DNA of 64,000 bases from Epiperipatus broadwayi (Eukaryota; Animalia; Onychophora). Both the position numbers and the translations under genes were made by a program. The stretch is taken from the NCBI GenBank assembly GCA_028023455.1, contig JAQFVV010000003.1, positions 10,726,001 to 10,790,000 of the forward strand, read 5' to 3'. The notes below the pieces were generated by a model. That model saw only the letters and a program-made list of their open reading frames with translations, was not told the origin of the DNA and did not search any database. This document shows, piece by piece, positions 27,891 to 39,661 of this stretch; position 1 is the stretch's first letter; each line of letters begins with the position of its first letter.

Positions 27891-28561
27891 GGTACTTGCA
27901 AGTTTTCAAGTAAACCAAGATGGCAGCCTTATTTTTGTTAAATGTACAGTTTCAAGGGCCTATAATTCACTGAAGATGTGTTAGTTGTTAAATTAAAACA
28001 AAATTAATAAATCGATTGTTACATTTTAAAAAAAGGAATAATTATTGATAAATTTCACTAAGAAGTTTTAGTTCAATTTTTTTTTTGTATTTATAATGTG
28101 GGAAGTGACAAGATGCTCTTAACATTGTTCTAATTTAGTTCAATTCAGTGTTTCTTTTTATCAGCAGTTTTTTTGGTAAATTGTCATAATGATAAAAATT
28201 TGGGACCTTTCTGTCACAGAATATGATGCAGTGGATTATTTCAAAAGATACAGGATTCTGCCTTTCCAAAAAGTGTGCATTAATGGTCATAATATGATTG
28301 CCACCACTGATATGAATAAAGTGTAAATATTGTATTTATTTATTTATTTATTTCATTTTTCCATTAATAAGTTAATAAAAAAAAACTGTATATATCATAA
28401 TTAATTTTTCCACAATGATTTTTTTTTAAAATAACAGTAATAAAAAATAAAATGTAAATATTAAATGTGTTTCCTAGCAAGCATTTTTTGGGGCCCCAAA
28501 ACTGTAAATTTATCAAAAATACAGGCTGCCATCTTGGTTTACTTGAAAACTCACAAGTACC
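27891..28561. mobile_element. MITE with about 60-bp TIRs starting GG and 8-bp TSD (Merlin-like)
   Basis: ggtacttg..agttttcaagtaaaccaagatggcagcc at both ends, inverted. Perfect AATATTTT at 27883-27890 and 28562-28569. 5'-GG termini with an 8-bp TSD fit Merlin (established rule); the superfamily call is inference. Confidence 0.75.
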
Positions 28562-29559
28562 AATATTTTATAATTCAAGAATATCTGTAAATATTTCTAT
28601 AATAGTGAAAATTTAAATTAAATATGCATGAGAAAGTACATATATATTAAGATAAGTGGACCTAAACATTACATTGCCTTCTCTCTTTTGCATTATGCAA
28701 TGATGACTGCTGCACATCTTGTACTGAAACTCATTACTCTATTAAACTAAGATACATCATTTTAAAACATTCACTTAAATATTGTTAAATTATACAAGTG
28801 CACTTTTAAAATTTATATCAACAATATATTTTAAATATTAATGTATTCAAAATTATTACCTATTGTGGAGCCATAGATTCCTGTCAATCATATGAAAAAC
28901 ATTTCTTTAGAATAACCAGCATATGATTGGATTTCAGACCGCTCAAAGGCACATTCATTACTATTATGATAAAAGTCTGTTCTAACATTGTTAGTCTTCC
29001 TCTTTCATTATCAACTTTGCCTTGAATTATAAATTAGATTGTCTTAGAATATTTTCATTTTGGTTATTTGAACTTCAAATGAGACTTCAGGTTTAATCTG
29101 ACCATGCATCTATTTCTTCAATTCTCTGTATCCAGGCACAACTTGCATATAGGGACTGCAGAACTGCAGCACTTCCTTATAACATTCAACATAATAAGTC
29201 TTTTTTTCTTTAATTCTTTCTTTGTACTTGTACATTATATAATCTGCTTAATGTCAGTAGCCATTCCCTAGTTTATCAAAAAATTACAAATTGTATGAAA
29301 CTGTGCATTTCAGAGGTCCAGCGATGCAGTGTTTGGCTGTTGTGCACATGTCTGAGATAAAAAGCTACATGCTAGGTAGAAACTAGAGCATTTTCATTTA
29401 TGTAGTGCTGTAAGGTGGTATTTCTTTTTGACTCAATGTATATTGTTCTTAAAAACTGTGTATCATATTACTGAATGTAATAAAGTGGAGAATTAGATGA
29501 TTATAATGCTTCCAGCATAGTTTCTTTTTTCAGTTCTTTTATTTTACAAAAAAATTAAA

Positions 29560-29990
29560 TAATTTAACTATGGCCTTCTTGCATCCTTAAGAAATAGATT
29601 TTGTGACTTTGTTTCTCCATGAGAAAGTTACAATTAAGAAAAGAGGTTGTTCAACACCTGATATTCAAAGCAGCACTCCCACAAATTTTAGTTATAAGCT
29701 GCTATTGCATATCTCTATGGACATTGTAGTTCAAAAGCACCACTATTTTTTCTTATTTTTTTTTACTATCCTACTTTCATGTTTGAACAATTCTAACCAT
29801 CTCTTCTTACATATAAAAAAATATCTCCAGATTTTCATTGTAATCATAATATCTAGTTAGTTGTGCACATAACAGTTGGAAGTTATTTCAGGCAAAGTGA
29901 CCTTAGAGTATTACACTGAGGTAAATATTGGCACTGTCTAGAAGTCTTGTGTCATATTGTAAAGTTCATTTCAAGGAAGTCCCAATCAAG
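29560..29990 (-). mobile_element. Possible old L2/CR1-type RT C-terminal fragment
   Basis: Frameshifted minus-strand remnant ending KQSHKIYFLRM, which resembles the RLYFLRKL region of L2/CR1 RTs. Confidence 0.25.
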
Positions 29991-31277
29991 ATTGACTTTT
30001 TTTCCCCAAGTAAGTATGAAAAATTAATCCTATCAAAATATGTCTATTTCCCTCCATTGCTTTTTTCCATTAAACTATTTGCTTTGTAAATAAAAAATAC
30101 GTTTTTATTTATTTATATTAAGGTTTAATAGGTAAGCAATTCTATTTCGACAGAAAAAGCAATGCCAGTGCGACTTTGTTGTTTCAATTTCCAATGAATT
30201 GTTCTTATAACTTATATTACTACCTCCATAGTTTAACTCTTGTGCAGATTATTACTAGATATATATTTTATTTAAAAGAATCCTGTGACCAAGTTTAATA
30301 TTTTATTCAAGTTGAAAATATATAAAATACATAATCGTTTATAAAATTACATAGAGTGTGCATATATATATATATTGTGTGTGTGTTTAACATATTTGTT
30401 TAAACTATAAATATTAATAGTATAACTTATTTATAAAAATGAAGATTTTTTAAGTTACTTTGTAACTTTTTTTCAGATAATCAACTTATAATCATTATAT
30501 TTTTGGATAGAAAATGGATATTTAATTACCCTTAGTAATTAACAAAAAAAAAAAGAAAATCATAAAAATTATCACCAAAGGACTGATCTAGTGATTAATT
30601 TCTCATAGGTTATTTCTCTATGCAGATACTGAAAAAGCTTTGGCCCGACAGTCACTATTTAAATTATTTTTACTCTTTAATTATAAACTTGATTTTTCAT
30701 TACAAAAATATAATGTTCGTAAAAACTGAAGATGAAAAAAAAAAAAAGAAATGAATATAAATTAACACACGATTCCATCATTGAGAATCCTAAAAAAGTG
30801 GGTTATAGATCATTTTGAAGAAGGGCTATTCATATGATTACCAGATAATAACATCTAAGAATAATATATATTAAATTCTAAGCGCTCAGAATGATAAAAT
30901 AATAAAAGTTTCAGTGTAGACATATCTTAAATTGAGTTAAGCACTTTCGATATCTTGGTTGTGATATCATTCATATTCATATACTGTATGTGTAAAACAA
31001 TAGGTTTGTTGATTCTTAATAGCTGAAAGGTGAGAACAGTAAAAAATGCTAGACCATTGTCATTGATAGTCTGCTGTTGATTTTCTTTAATCCATAAATA
31101 ATTTCAAGTTTTGACTTTGGGTCTATGTCACTTTAGAAATTCTTTTTAGATCACAAAATGTGACTACAATATGATGCAGCCTTCACCATAGTATGAGTGT
31201 CTTCTAAAGATGCTGAACCCATACTTTATTTTTTATGATCTAAACTAGTTACCAACCTGCATTTATAAACTTACAGC

Positions 31278-31391
31278 TCATCATTATATACACTTATTCT
31301 AATATATATATATAAAATAAACAGCTGTACATTTTCATCATTATATACACTTATTCTAATATATATATATAAAATAAACAGCTGTACATTT
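31278..31391. repeat. 57-bp perfect tandem duplication
   Basis: tcatcattatatacacttattctaatatatatatataaaataaacagctgtacattt starts at 31278 and 31335. Confidence 0.9.
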
Positions 31392-31540
31392 TAATGTTCC
31401 AAAAAGTGTTTGATAAATAATAATTATAGTCAATAGACAGGTAAGTATATCTTAATATACTTCTCCTTAAGACTTTATGCATAATAAATTTTAAATGATC
31501 AACAATATTGCTCATATCTTTAAATATATATTTTTTCCAG

Positions 31541-31626
31541 TGTTTTTAATTCAACCAAAAGAAGTCATCGACAGCACTACTGATTATAATAGGACATACA
31601 AAGCAAGGCTTTTTAGAGTTTTTAAG
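31541..31626 (+). CDS. Timp: TIMP coding exon (first found; phase 1 to phase 0): (V)FLIQPKEVIDSTTDYNRTYKARLFRVFK
   Basis: Acceptor ttttttccag|, donor AAG|gtattt, open frame. Matches the TIMP segment VIRAKV...YxIK..K.FK, with a phase-1 intron at the usual position after ...DF. Confidence 0.85.
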
Positions 31627-33059
31627 GTATTTATATCTTACAAGTATAGTATTTAATATTTCTTTTTATTATGTAATATTTAGTTTGACATCAGTTAAAT
31701 ATTTTAATGAATTGTGTGTGTGTATATATATATAATATTAGCATTAATCTCCTTCTATTAACCTATTGGTTATTATGTATATAAAATTTTATTCCTTAGA
31801 TTAAAATATATATAAAATCTAAATTCAAAATTGTGAACCATTTCAATACAAGGTTTATTAGTCCAGTTTTAGAGAAATCTCCCTTTACACTATAAATAAA
31901 GAATAGGCTTGAATATTATATTAAGATTTTACTCGCTTTATTTTAAAATGTGAAGGATGAAATACACACAATTATTAAATACTTTATACATATTTTTAAT
32001 AATCATTAAACACACTTGTAATTATATTCTGGATAGGCAGAAATTATAATCATTTCTCTCTATATATATTCTTACAAATTGTATCATTAATATAATATGT
32101 AAAAGTGTTATTTATAATATGAAATTCACAATTGCTTACGTGGTGCTTTTTACACAATTTATATTAAGCTCATAAACAAATATATTTTTTTTTAATAAAT
32201 TTTTTATTTATAATATTAATTTATAAGAAAAAACTTATTTTTTTTTTTTATATTTTATTTTATGTGGTAATCCCTTTTTTTTTTATTTATTTATTATTTT
32301 CTCCCCCCCCCCCGTTAACTAATTTCAAAAATTACTAATTCTATAATAGTTCATAAATTATTATATATAACATAATACATTTCTATTTGATTATCAAATT
32401 TAAAATGCTTTAATATTTACAAATTTTAAGGTTACTTATTGGATAGGCATATAAAGCAAATGAATGGTAATAGATCTTTATAAGAAAAATAATCACCATT
32501 TACATTATAAAGTTTACAAAAAAATTTTAAACATATACAGTATTGTTGCTTTCATTGGGAGAATATAGCATGGTATCAAAATCTTTCAATAAGGAAAGTC
32601 TGTTGAGAAGGAAGTTGAAGACTATCCTTTCAAGATATTTGTATAATCATCATAAAATTAGTAATACTTTTTTTTTTCACATATAGATAGATATTTCCCA
32701 AATTTGTTTAGTTTTATTGAAATATAAACTGATTAGTCATCTAAAGATATTTAATATCGAAACAATTAATAAAATGTCTTTCAGTTACTATTGTAAAACT
32801 GATCATTTATCTTGGCTTTGATTTATGTTATGAAACTATTATATATTAAAGCTAATTTATTAATTATGTTAATAATCTGTTTGAAGTAAAACTTGTGATA
32901 CATAATAACAAGAATTATAGTACTGTATTTCAAAATATGTTTGTATATAAAATGGAAGTAATTGGATGTTCGAGAGATGATGCCAATTTCTTTGAATATA
33001 ATAATCAATCTAAATAAATTAAAACAAACAACTAATTATATTTATAATTATTTAATTAT

Positions 33060-36000
33060 CAACCTGACTTTTATCTCTTATTGAGACAGTTTCAAGATAT
33101 AAAGTTTTATACATCATATGACGTATTAATTACATTTACTCACCTATTGGACATTATTTTATCTTCAACAATATAATTAACATACGTATAAATAAATGAC
33201 AAAATAAAAAATACAGCAAAAAACAATTAAAACTATATAAATACATACATATATTTTTATATACCTATATAAATAAATATTCTATCCTAACTCCCCCTTA
33301 TAAACCCTCATTCACAATTCTACCATAATTTTTAAATCTTCCAATTATCTAATAATGCCCATTTTCCACCTAATTTTTTTGGATCTTTAACTATATTTAC
33401 ACATCTATTCAAATTTTTTTGAATGTATAAAATTTCACAACATATCTTTTTTTGATAATCTTTAACATGTTTTATAACTAATATTCTTTTCACACTCTAT
33501 TTTATGACCAGTATCTAAATAACGCATATATATATATGGTCCTGACCTAATATCTCTCCAACTAATTGCTCTATCATATTCTTTTCCTCTATCACTTATT
33601 GATCATTCTGTCTGTCCTATACATACCTTTATTACAACTTCCACATTCAATTCTATAAATCATTCCTCCCTTACTATTAATATCATTTATCCTATTTGTA
33701 TTACATAACCATCTATCCAAAGACTTACTATTTTCCCAATCTATTCTTATATTATTTGGTAACTTTTCTCTTTCTAACTTTTTATACACTTCCCTTGAAT
33801 ACAGAATAGACACCCACTTACAATCTTTATATTTTTTCTTATCATACTTATTTCTACTATTTCGAAAAATATTTTTAATTACTTATTTTTTATATTCTAT
33901 TTTAGCATAATCATTTTCTGCTTCTAATTTTTGCTCATATGTCTCTATTATTTAATGTAAATTTATCATTTTTTAACTTAAATCCCTACTTTTTGATACC
34001 ATGGCTGATATGATTTTGGATCAATTAAACCGCTATTTTTTTTTTATCTTTAATATAATGCTTTACCATTATTTCATTCATCATTCCTCTTTTTACAAAA
34101 TTATCTAAATATTTTAATTCATTTATCTCTTTCTCCACTGTAAACCTAATTTTATATTTATTATTATTCAGTTCATTAAAAACCTTACCAATACTTATAC
34201 TATTTCCAATAACAATAATATTCACATACTTATAATATTCTATAATTCCTTTATTCTTCATAAACTTAGCCACTATACCTTTCTCTATACTACTTACAAC
34301 TACTGATGATAATATCCCACTTATTGAACACCCCATAACCATCTCTTTTCTATACTCCAAAATTCTTCCTTATATTTAAAATACAAAGCCTCATCTACCA
34401 TTAATAATATTTCATAAAAAAAAATATATCCAATCCTCTGTCAAAACATTACTTATTTTAATTTAGTCATAACTATTTTTATACTATCCTTTATAGGTAC
34501 ACTTTGTACATTTTCAATATCAAATAATGCAATCATTCAATTTCTATTTAATTTAATATTATTTAACTTATTAACAATTTCTTCAGAATTTTTTATAAAA
34601 TATTTTCAAATCCAATTACTTCTACAATCTTTTTATATACCAAATTACAAATACCTTTAAATATATAATTATTAAAATCCAAAATTAACCTTATTATTCT
34701 CTTTATGTATCTTAACCATTCCTATTATACATGGATGCTCAAAACTTCTGGGAAATAAACACATATTCCTTCTCAGTGATTAAATTCTTCATTTTCATAT
34801 AATTCAACAAAAATTTATATCTTGTTTTAATCTTATTTCCAGGATATTTACTTAATTTTTTATATCCTTGTTTAACCATATCTTCACATATTTTCCTCTC
34901 ATAATCCAACTCATTTAAAATCACAAATCTTGAACCTTTATCCTCACTTGTTATTATTAAATTTTATTTATTTACCTTCTCTACAATTTTATATAGTAGA
35001 GACTTTTCTTTCTATTTCTTACTATATTTAACTCTTTTATTTACATTATTCATTTTTGTACTTTTATGTTGGACTATTTCCATCATCTAATTAATATATA
35101 TATATATTGAATATCTTTAGAAAAATTTAATTTTATTTAAATATTCCAAATACATTCAACTGTTAGTAATAGCACATCAAACAGGTTAGTATATGCACAA
35201 TGTTTTGAGAGGTATTAGTCTCCCCTCTTCTTCAGGTGTTGCTGGCCTGACCAGTGACAGTACTAGCATGGGATTCGAACCTGGTTCTTTAGATTCTTGA
35301 GTTTTGAATTTTAAGGTAATGCAAATTCAAAACTCAAGAATCTAAGGACCTAGGTTTGAGTCCCATGCTAATACTGTCACTGGTCAGGCCAGCAATACCT
35401 GAAGAAGAGGGGAGACTAATACCTCTCAAAACATTGTGCATATACTAACCTGTTTGATGTGCTATTACTAACAGTTGAATGTATTTGGAATATTTAAATA
35501 AAGTGAAATTTTTCTAAAGATATTCAATACATATACTAATTAGATGATGGAAATAATCCAACATAAAAATACAACTAGAATACCATCATCACAAACCTTC
35601 AGGAAAACATTATTCATTTTTGATTGTAATTCAATTTTGAAATCACTCTTTATATTTGCTGCTTCCATACTTACAATAGTTGCCTTTTGAACATCATTAT
35701 TTACACTTGACTCCTTTATTTAAAACCCTTGATTGTTCATTCTCAAATTTCACATTAGGTAAATTTATATAATTATTCTCTTTTTTACACCATTCACTTT
35801 TAGTAGACATATTTAATCCATTTTAAAAATTTTCTTCTTTATAACATAACCATTTCCATTTATGATCATATTTCATCCAAAATCTATTTCTCAAGTCAAT
35901 ATTATGACCCAACAAATCAATCTTTATATGTTCAAATAAATTTTCAGATATATTTCTCTTTAATACATATTTCTTTCTATTATAATTTTAATATTATAAT

Positions 36001-36350
36001 TAATTTCAACATATTTTTCTTTTAAAAACCAATTTAAAATTATCACTTGAATTTTATTACATGAACCTTTAGTTTTATAAATTTTCATGTTATTAATTCT
36101 GAACTTACATGACATAGGTATTATTCCATTCTCTTTATATTTATTTAAAAACGATAACTGGTATTTTAATCATTCCATTCTCTTTTGAATATTCCATAAC
36201 TGTTTAAAAACATTAAAGTTAATTTCATTCAAATTTAAATATAAAAATGTCCATGTATTATTTACATAAGATTTCTCCATATTTAAAATTCTGTATATGG
36301 TAACATTTAAAGAACCGTTACAATGCCAAAACATATAAAACTCAAATATA
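33060..36350 (-). mobile_element. Penelope-like element, largely complete but degenerate (N-terminal region, RT, GIY-YIG)
   Basis: Minus strand: LSFLNKYKENGIIP, NYINLPNVKFENEQSRVLNKG, LIITSEDKGSRFVIL, MGCSISGILSS, GMIYRIECGSCNK..IGQT. Removing the insertion at 35059-35606 and one TSD copy restores LQSKMNNV|NKRVKYSKK in frame. Confidence 0.85.
35059..35606 (+). mobile_element. Palindromic pLTR-like insertion with HHR-like cores and 16-bp TSD
   Basis: Arms 35056-35311 and 35323-35574 are about 94% identical by eye, with an 11-nt spacer and a 32-nt tail. ACATTATTCATTTTTG occurs at 35043-35058 and 35607-35622. Each arm has CTGAAGA-A-GAGGGG-agactaata-CCTCTC-AAAAC and a B-box-like GGTTCGAATCCC/GGTTTGAGTCCC. 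Confidence 0.9.
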
Positions 36351-36399
36351 TACAATGGTCAAATCAATGAGAATGAATATGTGTTTATTTCCTACAAGT

Positions 36400-36720
36400 T
36401 TTGAGCATGGGTGTATAGTAGGAAAGATAAGACACATAAAAAGAATATGCCAATAAGGATAATTTTGGATTTTAATAATTATATACTTAAAGGTATATAT
36501 AATTTGGAATATAAAAAGATTATAGAAGTAATTGGATTTGGAAAATGTTGTATAAAAAATTCTGAAGAAATTATCAATAAGTTAAATAATATTAAATTAA
36601 ATAAAAATGGAATGATTGCATCATTTGATATTGAGAAAATGTATCAAAGTGTACCTAAAAAGGATAGTATAGAAACAGTTATGACTATATTGAAAATAAT
36701 TAGTTTTGTAAGAGGATTGG
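36400..36720 (+). mobile_element. Penelope-like RT fragment
   Basis: MPIRIILDF...CIKNSEEIINKLNNIKLNKNGMIASFDIEKMYQSVP is the PLE RT SFD-(V/I)-x-x-(L/M)Y motif. Confidence 0.8.
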
Positions 36721-38098
36721 ATATTAAAAGTGGACGAAATAGATTTGTTTATATGACCAATAAGGAATTGCATAATATACTGAAAGCATATAGAATGTCT
36801 AACAAATGAGAAATTAAAAGATTTGGTTTTATGTCATTATCAGAAGAGGATGAAGAAAAAGAAATTGGAGAGAAAAAAAAGATAGTAACAACATGGATAT
36901 TAAATTGTTTTTATAAAATGTTCTAGCTTAACAGATTCTAAAAAATACAATTGTAGAAAATGACTCAATGATGAAATGTATTACAACTCTTGCAAGATCA
37001 TTTTTATGAATTAAAAAAGAACTTTCAACATAATATTTTTAAGATGTCACAACAAACTGAAGCTTCAACTGATGATTCTAATACATCAGCCCTATCAAAA
37101 TAAAGATATAATACAGTAATTTTTTGTATTATTTTTTTATATATATGTAAATGTGCTTTCTCAATTTAATATTTAAAGTTTCCCTTTTTTAATTTTTTAT
37201 TTGAATTATAATCTTAATTTATATATGCATATTATATACATACAAAGCATTTGTTATATATGTGCATGTTGAAGAGTATACTTACAGTATAATAAATAAT
37301 ATGTGATCAAAGCTTATAAACACTATTTGAGCTATTATACTCAATGGCTTGGAATAAAATATAGTGTGAATATTATGACAACTGTATTTTAATAATCTCC
37401 TTAATGGTCATGGAGTAGTTAATTTAAAATCTTTGGAAGACTGACTTCTCAATAAACTGAAAATTACCAGTCAAAATTAAATGTAATGTGAAATGAATTG
37501 ATTTAAATTAATATTTAGATCATATTGAATGAAATTGCATACATTTTTCAATTAATCATTTGATCTTAAATTACAAGAAATCTCATTAGATAACATTAGC
37601 ACTTTAATATTAAATATAAAATTTAAATTTTTTCTAAGCTTTGGCTAAAATTGTTTTCCAAACTCTAAAAAATGTATTGTTATTATGGAAACGTATATAT
37701 ATATATATATAGCTGCTGAAAGGGGTTTGAAAAGGAGGCTTTTTAATAAATGTCTTTTATCAGTTCTTACTTATGTATCTGAGATTTGGACACTTAACAG
37801 GACAGCAATACAGAGACTTCAAACCACTGAAAGAAGTATGGAGAGATTCCTGTTAGGAGCAACAAGAAGTGATTGAAAATGCAATACATGGATAAGAGAA
37901 CAAACAGGCTTTACTGACATCATTGAAAGAACTAAAATACTGAAGTGGAGTTGGGATGGACATACTGCTAGAAGTGATAATAAATGAACAATTAAAATCT
38001 TAAATTGTAAAAAACCCAGAAAGAGAAATGTGGGATGAATGGATGAAATAAAAAGGGATGATGTGCAGAAGAGGCTAGAGATCGGAGATGGATTGAAC

Positions 38099-38369
38099 CA
38101 CTAAACATAACATGATCACTGTTTCTTATGCTAGCACCTTACTGTTATTAAAACAGTCAAAACTCTCCATACAGTAGTGCCACTCAGTGCCAACCAGAGT
38201 AATCAATGGATGCCAGAAGGCTCGTGCATAAAATCCCTATCTAGTACCTACTCATCCAATACCCCCAGACTAGTTTCTGGCTTGTGGCCTTCATCAGTGA
38301 GGTGCTTTGGATCTTCACAAGCCTTCTGGAATCCACTGATTACTCTGGATGGCACTGAGTGGCACTACT
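38099..38369 (-). mobile_element. 271-bp hairpin insertion with central HHR and 13-bp TSD (retrozyme/pLTR-like)
   Basis: Perfect AGATGGATTGAAC at 38086-38098 and 38370-38382. Inverted arms 38173-38222 and 38320-38369 match at 47/50. A 74-nt tail occupies 38099-38172. Confidence 0.9.
38261..38305 (-). ncRNA. Minimal type I hammerhead ribozyme
   Basis: Minus strand GCACCUCA-CUGAUGA-A-GGC-CACAA-GCC-A-GAAAC-UA-GUC-UGGGGGU. Catalytic boxes are intact, stem II is GGC/GCC, stem III is the palindrome ACUAGU, the cleavage triplet is GUC and stem I is CCUCA/UGGGG. One A-A mismatch at the base of stem II. Confidence 0.8.
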
Positions 38370-38928
38370 AGATGGATTGAACTTAGAAAGATCTTCATCC
38401 TGCAATGGATTGATGATATATATATAGTTTCAACCAGATTAGAAATTGGAGAATGAAAGTTGAGTTACAAGATTTTATTTAGATAGAAATATCATCTTGC
38501 TTTTTTTTATCTCTTGCTAGCAATTTATTTTTAAATTTAAACTCTTAAAAATTTGTTTAGGAAAACGGATGTATTTTTTTTTAAATTTCTAAATAATTAA
38601 TAATGAATATTTGGCAATATTTTTCAAAATTTTCATATTTTAAAATTAAAAAGTGCTTCTATTTTTTTTTAACACTAAGGCAATCGTTTAATACTTTTAG
38701 TAAAAAAAAATATATTTATTTTTTGTCTCATAATTGATATTTAACATTTATTTTGAAATATAATCCCCTTAGTAATTGTAAATGCTAACATTTGTTTTTA
38801 GATGATTAAAAACTACTTCTTTTCATAAGTTCTAATGGCTGCCTCACATATAGTATTATATCTTCAAATGGCAGGCAATATTTACATTTTGTTATAACTT
38901 CTACAGCATTTTTTTTAAATGTAAAAGA

Positions 38929-39661
38929 TAGGGTGTCATGCAAAAATATATTTTGACTGCCATGTAAAGCACCCTTACTTAAACTGCATAAAATGTTTAA
39001 TGTTATAATTAGTGGTCAGTTAAATTATTCACAGACAATTGCTTTGGGTGAGTATATTCCTTAATTATATATATTTAGCAATAATTTTATTTATCTTTTA
39101 TATATGTGTATATATTTCAAAGTATTAGAATGGGTAGAAATAGCCCTGCTTTGCAAATCAGAAATTTTATTCACTTTAAACTAATTGACAATAATTCATT
39201 GGATTTTGATATAAAAATTTGTCCCTCTTGCTAAAATTGTTAGAGATAATCATCTACATATAAACAAAGATCATGGTATAAGATGACTATTTATACTGAA
39301 TAAAATATCTAATTATTATTAGAAGGACAGTTCAATTATCTGCAGACATTTGCTAGGAATTAGTTTGCTCAATATTTATATATATGAATGTTAAAGCAGA
39401 TTTTTAAAACTTTTGTTTCACTTAGTGCCCCTCATTTTCACAATGTTTTTTTTTATTATACTGTTTAAACCAATCACATTTAAAGTATAATGAAGATTTA
39501 CTTGTATTGCTGACCCACATTTTTGACTATAATTATAGTTGTATTACTATTATAGCTTACAATTATTACCTTTTTAATAATAATAATAATTGATTATAAC
39601 TTTATTAATCTTATCAATTTTTTTGTCATTGTTGTATTACATATTTTTTGCATGACCCCTA
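38929..39661. mobile_element. hAT-type MITE
   Basis: TAGGGTGTCATGCAAAAA versus TTTTTTGCATGACCCCTA. Diverged 8-bp flanks gtaaaaga/gtaagaag. Confidence 0.5.

Larger units (their letters stand above)
37705..38410 (+). mobile_element. RTE LINE 3' fragment, interrupted by an HHR element
   Basis: LFNKCLLSVLTYVSEIW...ERSMERFLLG...KWSWDGHTAR. The C-terminus ARDRRWIE|LRKIFILQWIDD is restored when 38099-38369 and one TSD copy are removed. Confidence 0.85.

Noticed and set aside
26500-29420. Degenerate hAT or pogo transposase around the Merlin-like MITE
   Set aside because: Only vague motif resemblances in several frames. No termini were found.
30960-31030. Hydrophobic stretch + CMC as the TIMP N-terminus
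   Set aside because: No upstream in-frame ATG before a stop, no Cys13 equivalent, and an in-frame TGA precedes the donor.
33080-33125. HHR in the 3' end of the large PLE (minus strand: atgatg-tataaa-ac-tttata-tct-tGAAACtGTC)
   Set aside because: The CUGA box is mutated and stem I does not pair. At most a decayed remnant.
38172-38370. Tc1/pogo MITE interpretation (CAGT-like terminus)
   Set aside because: No TA duplication on the right. A perfect 13-bp TSD encloses an extra 74-nt tail, which fits retrotransposition instead.
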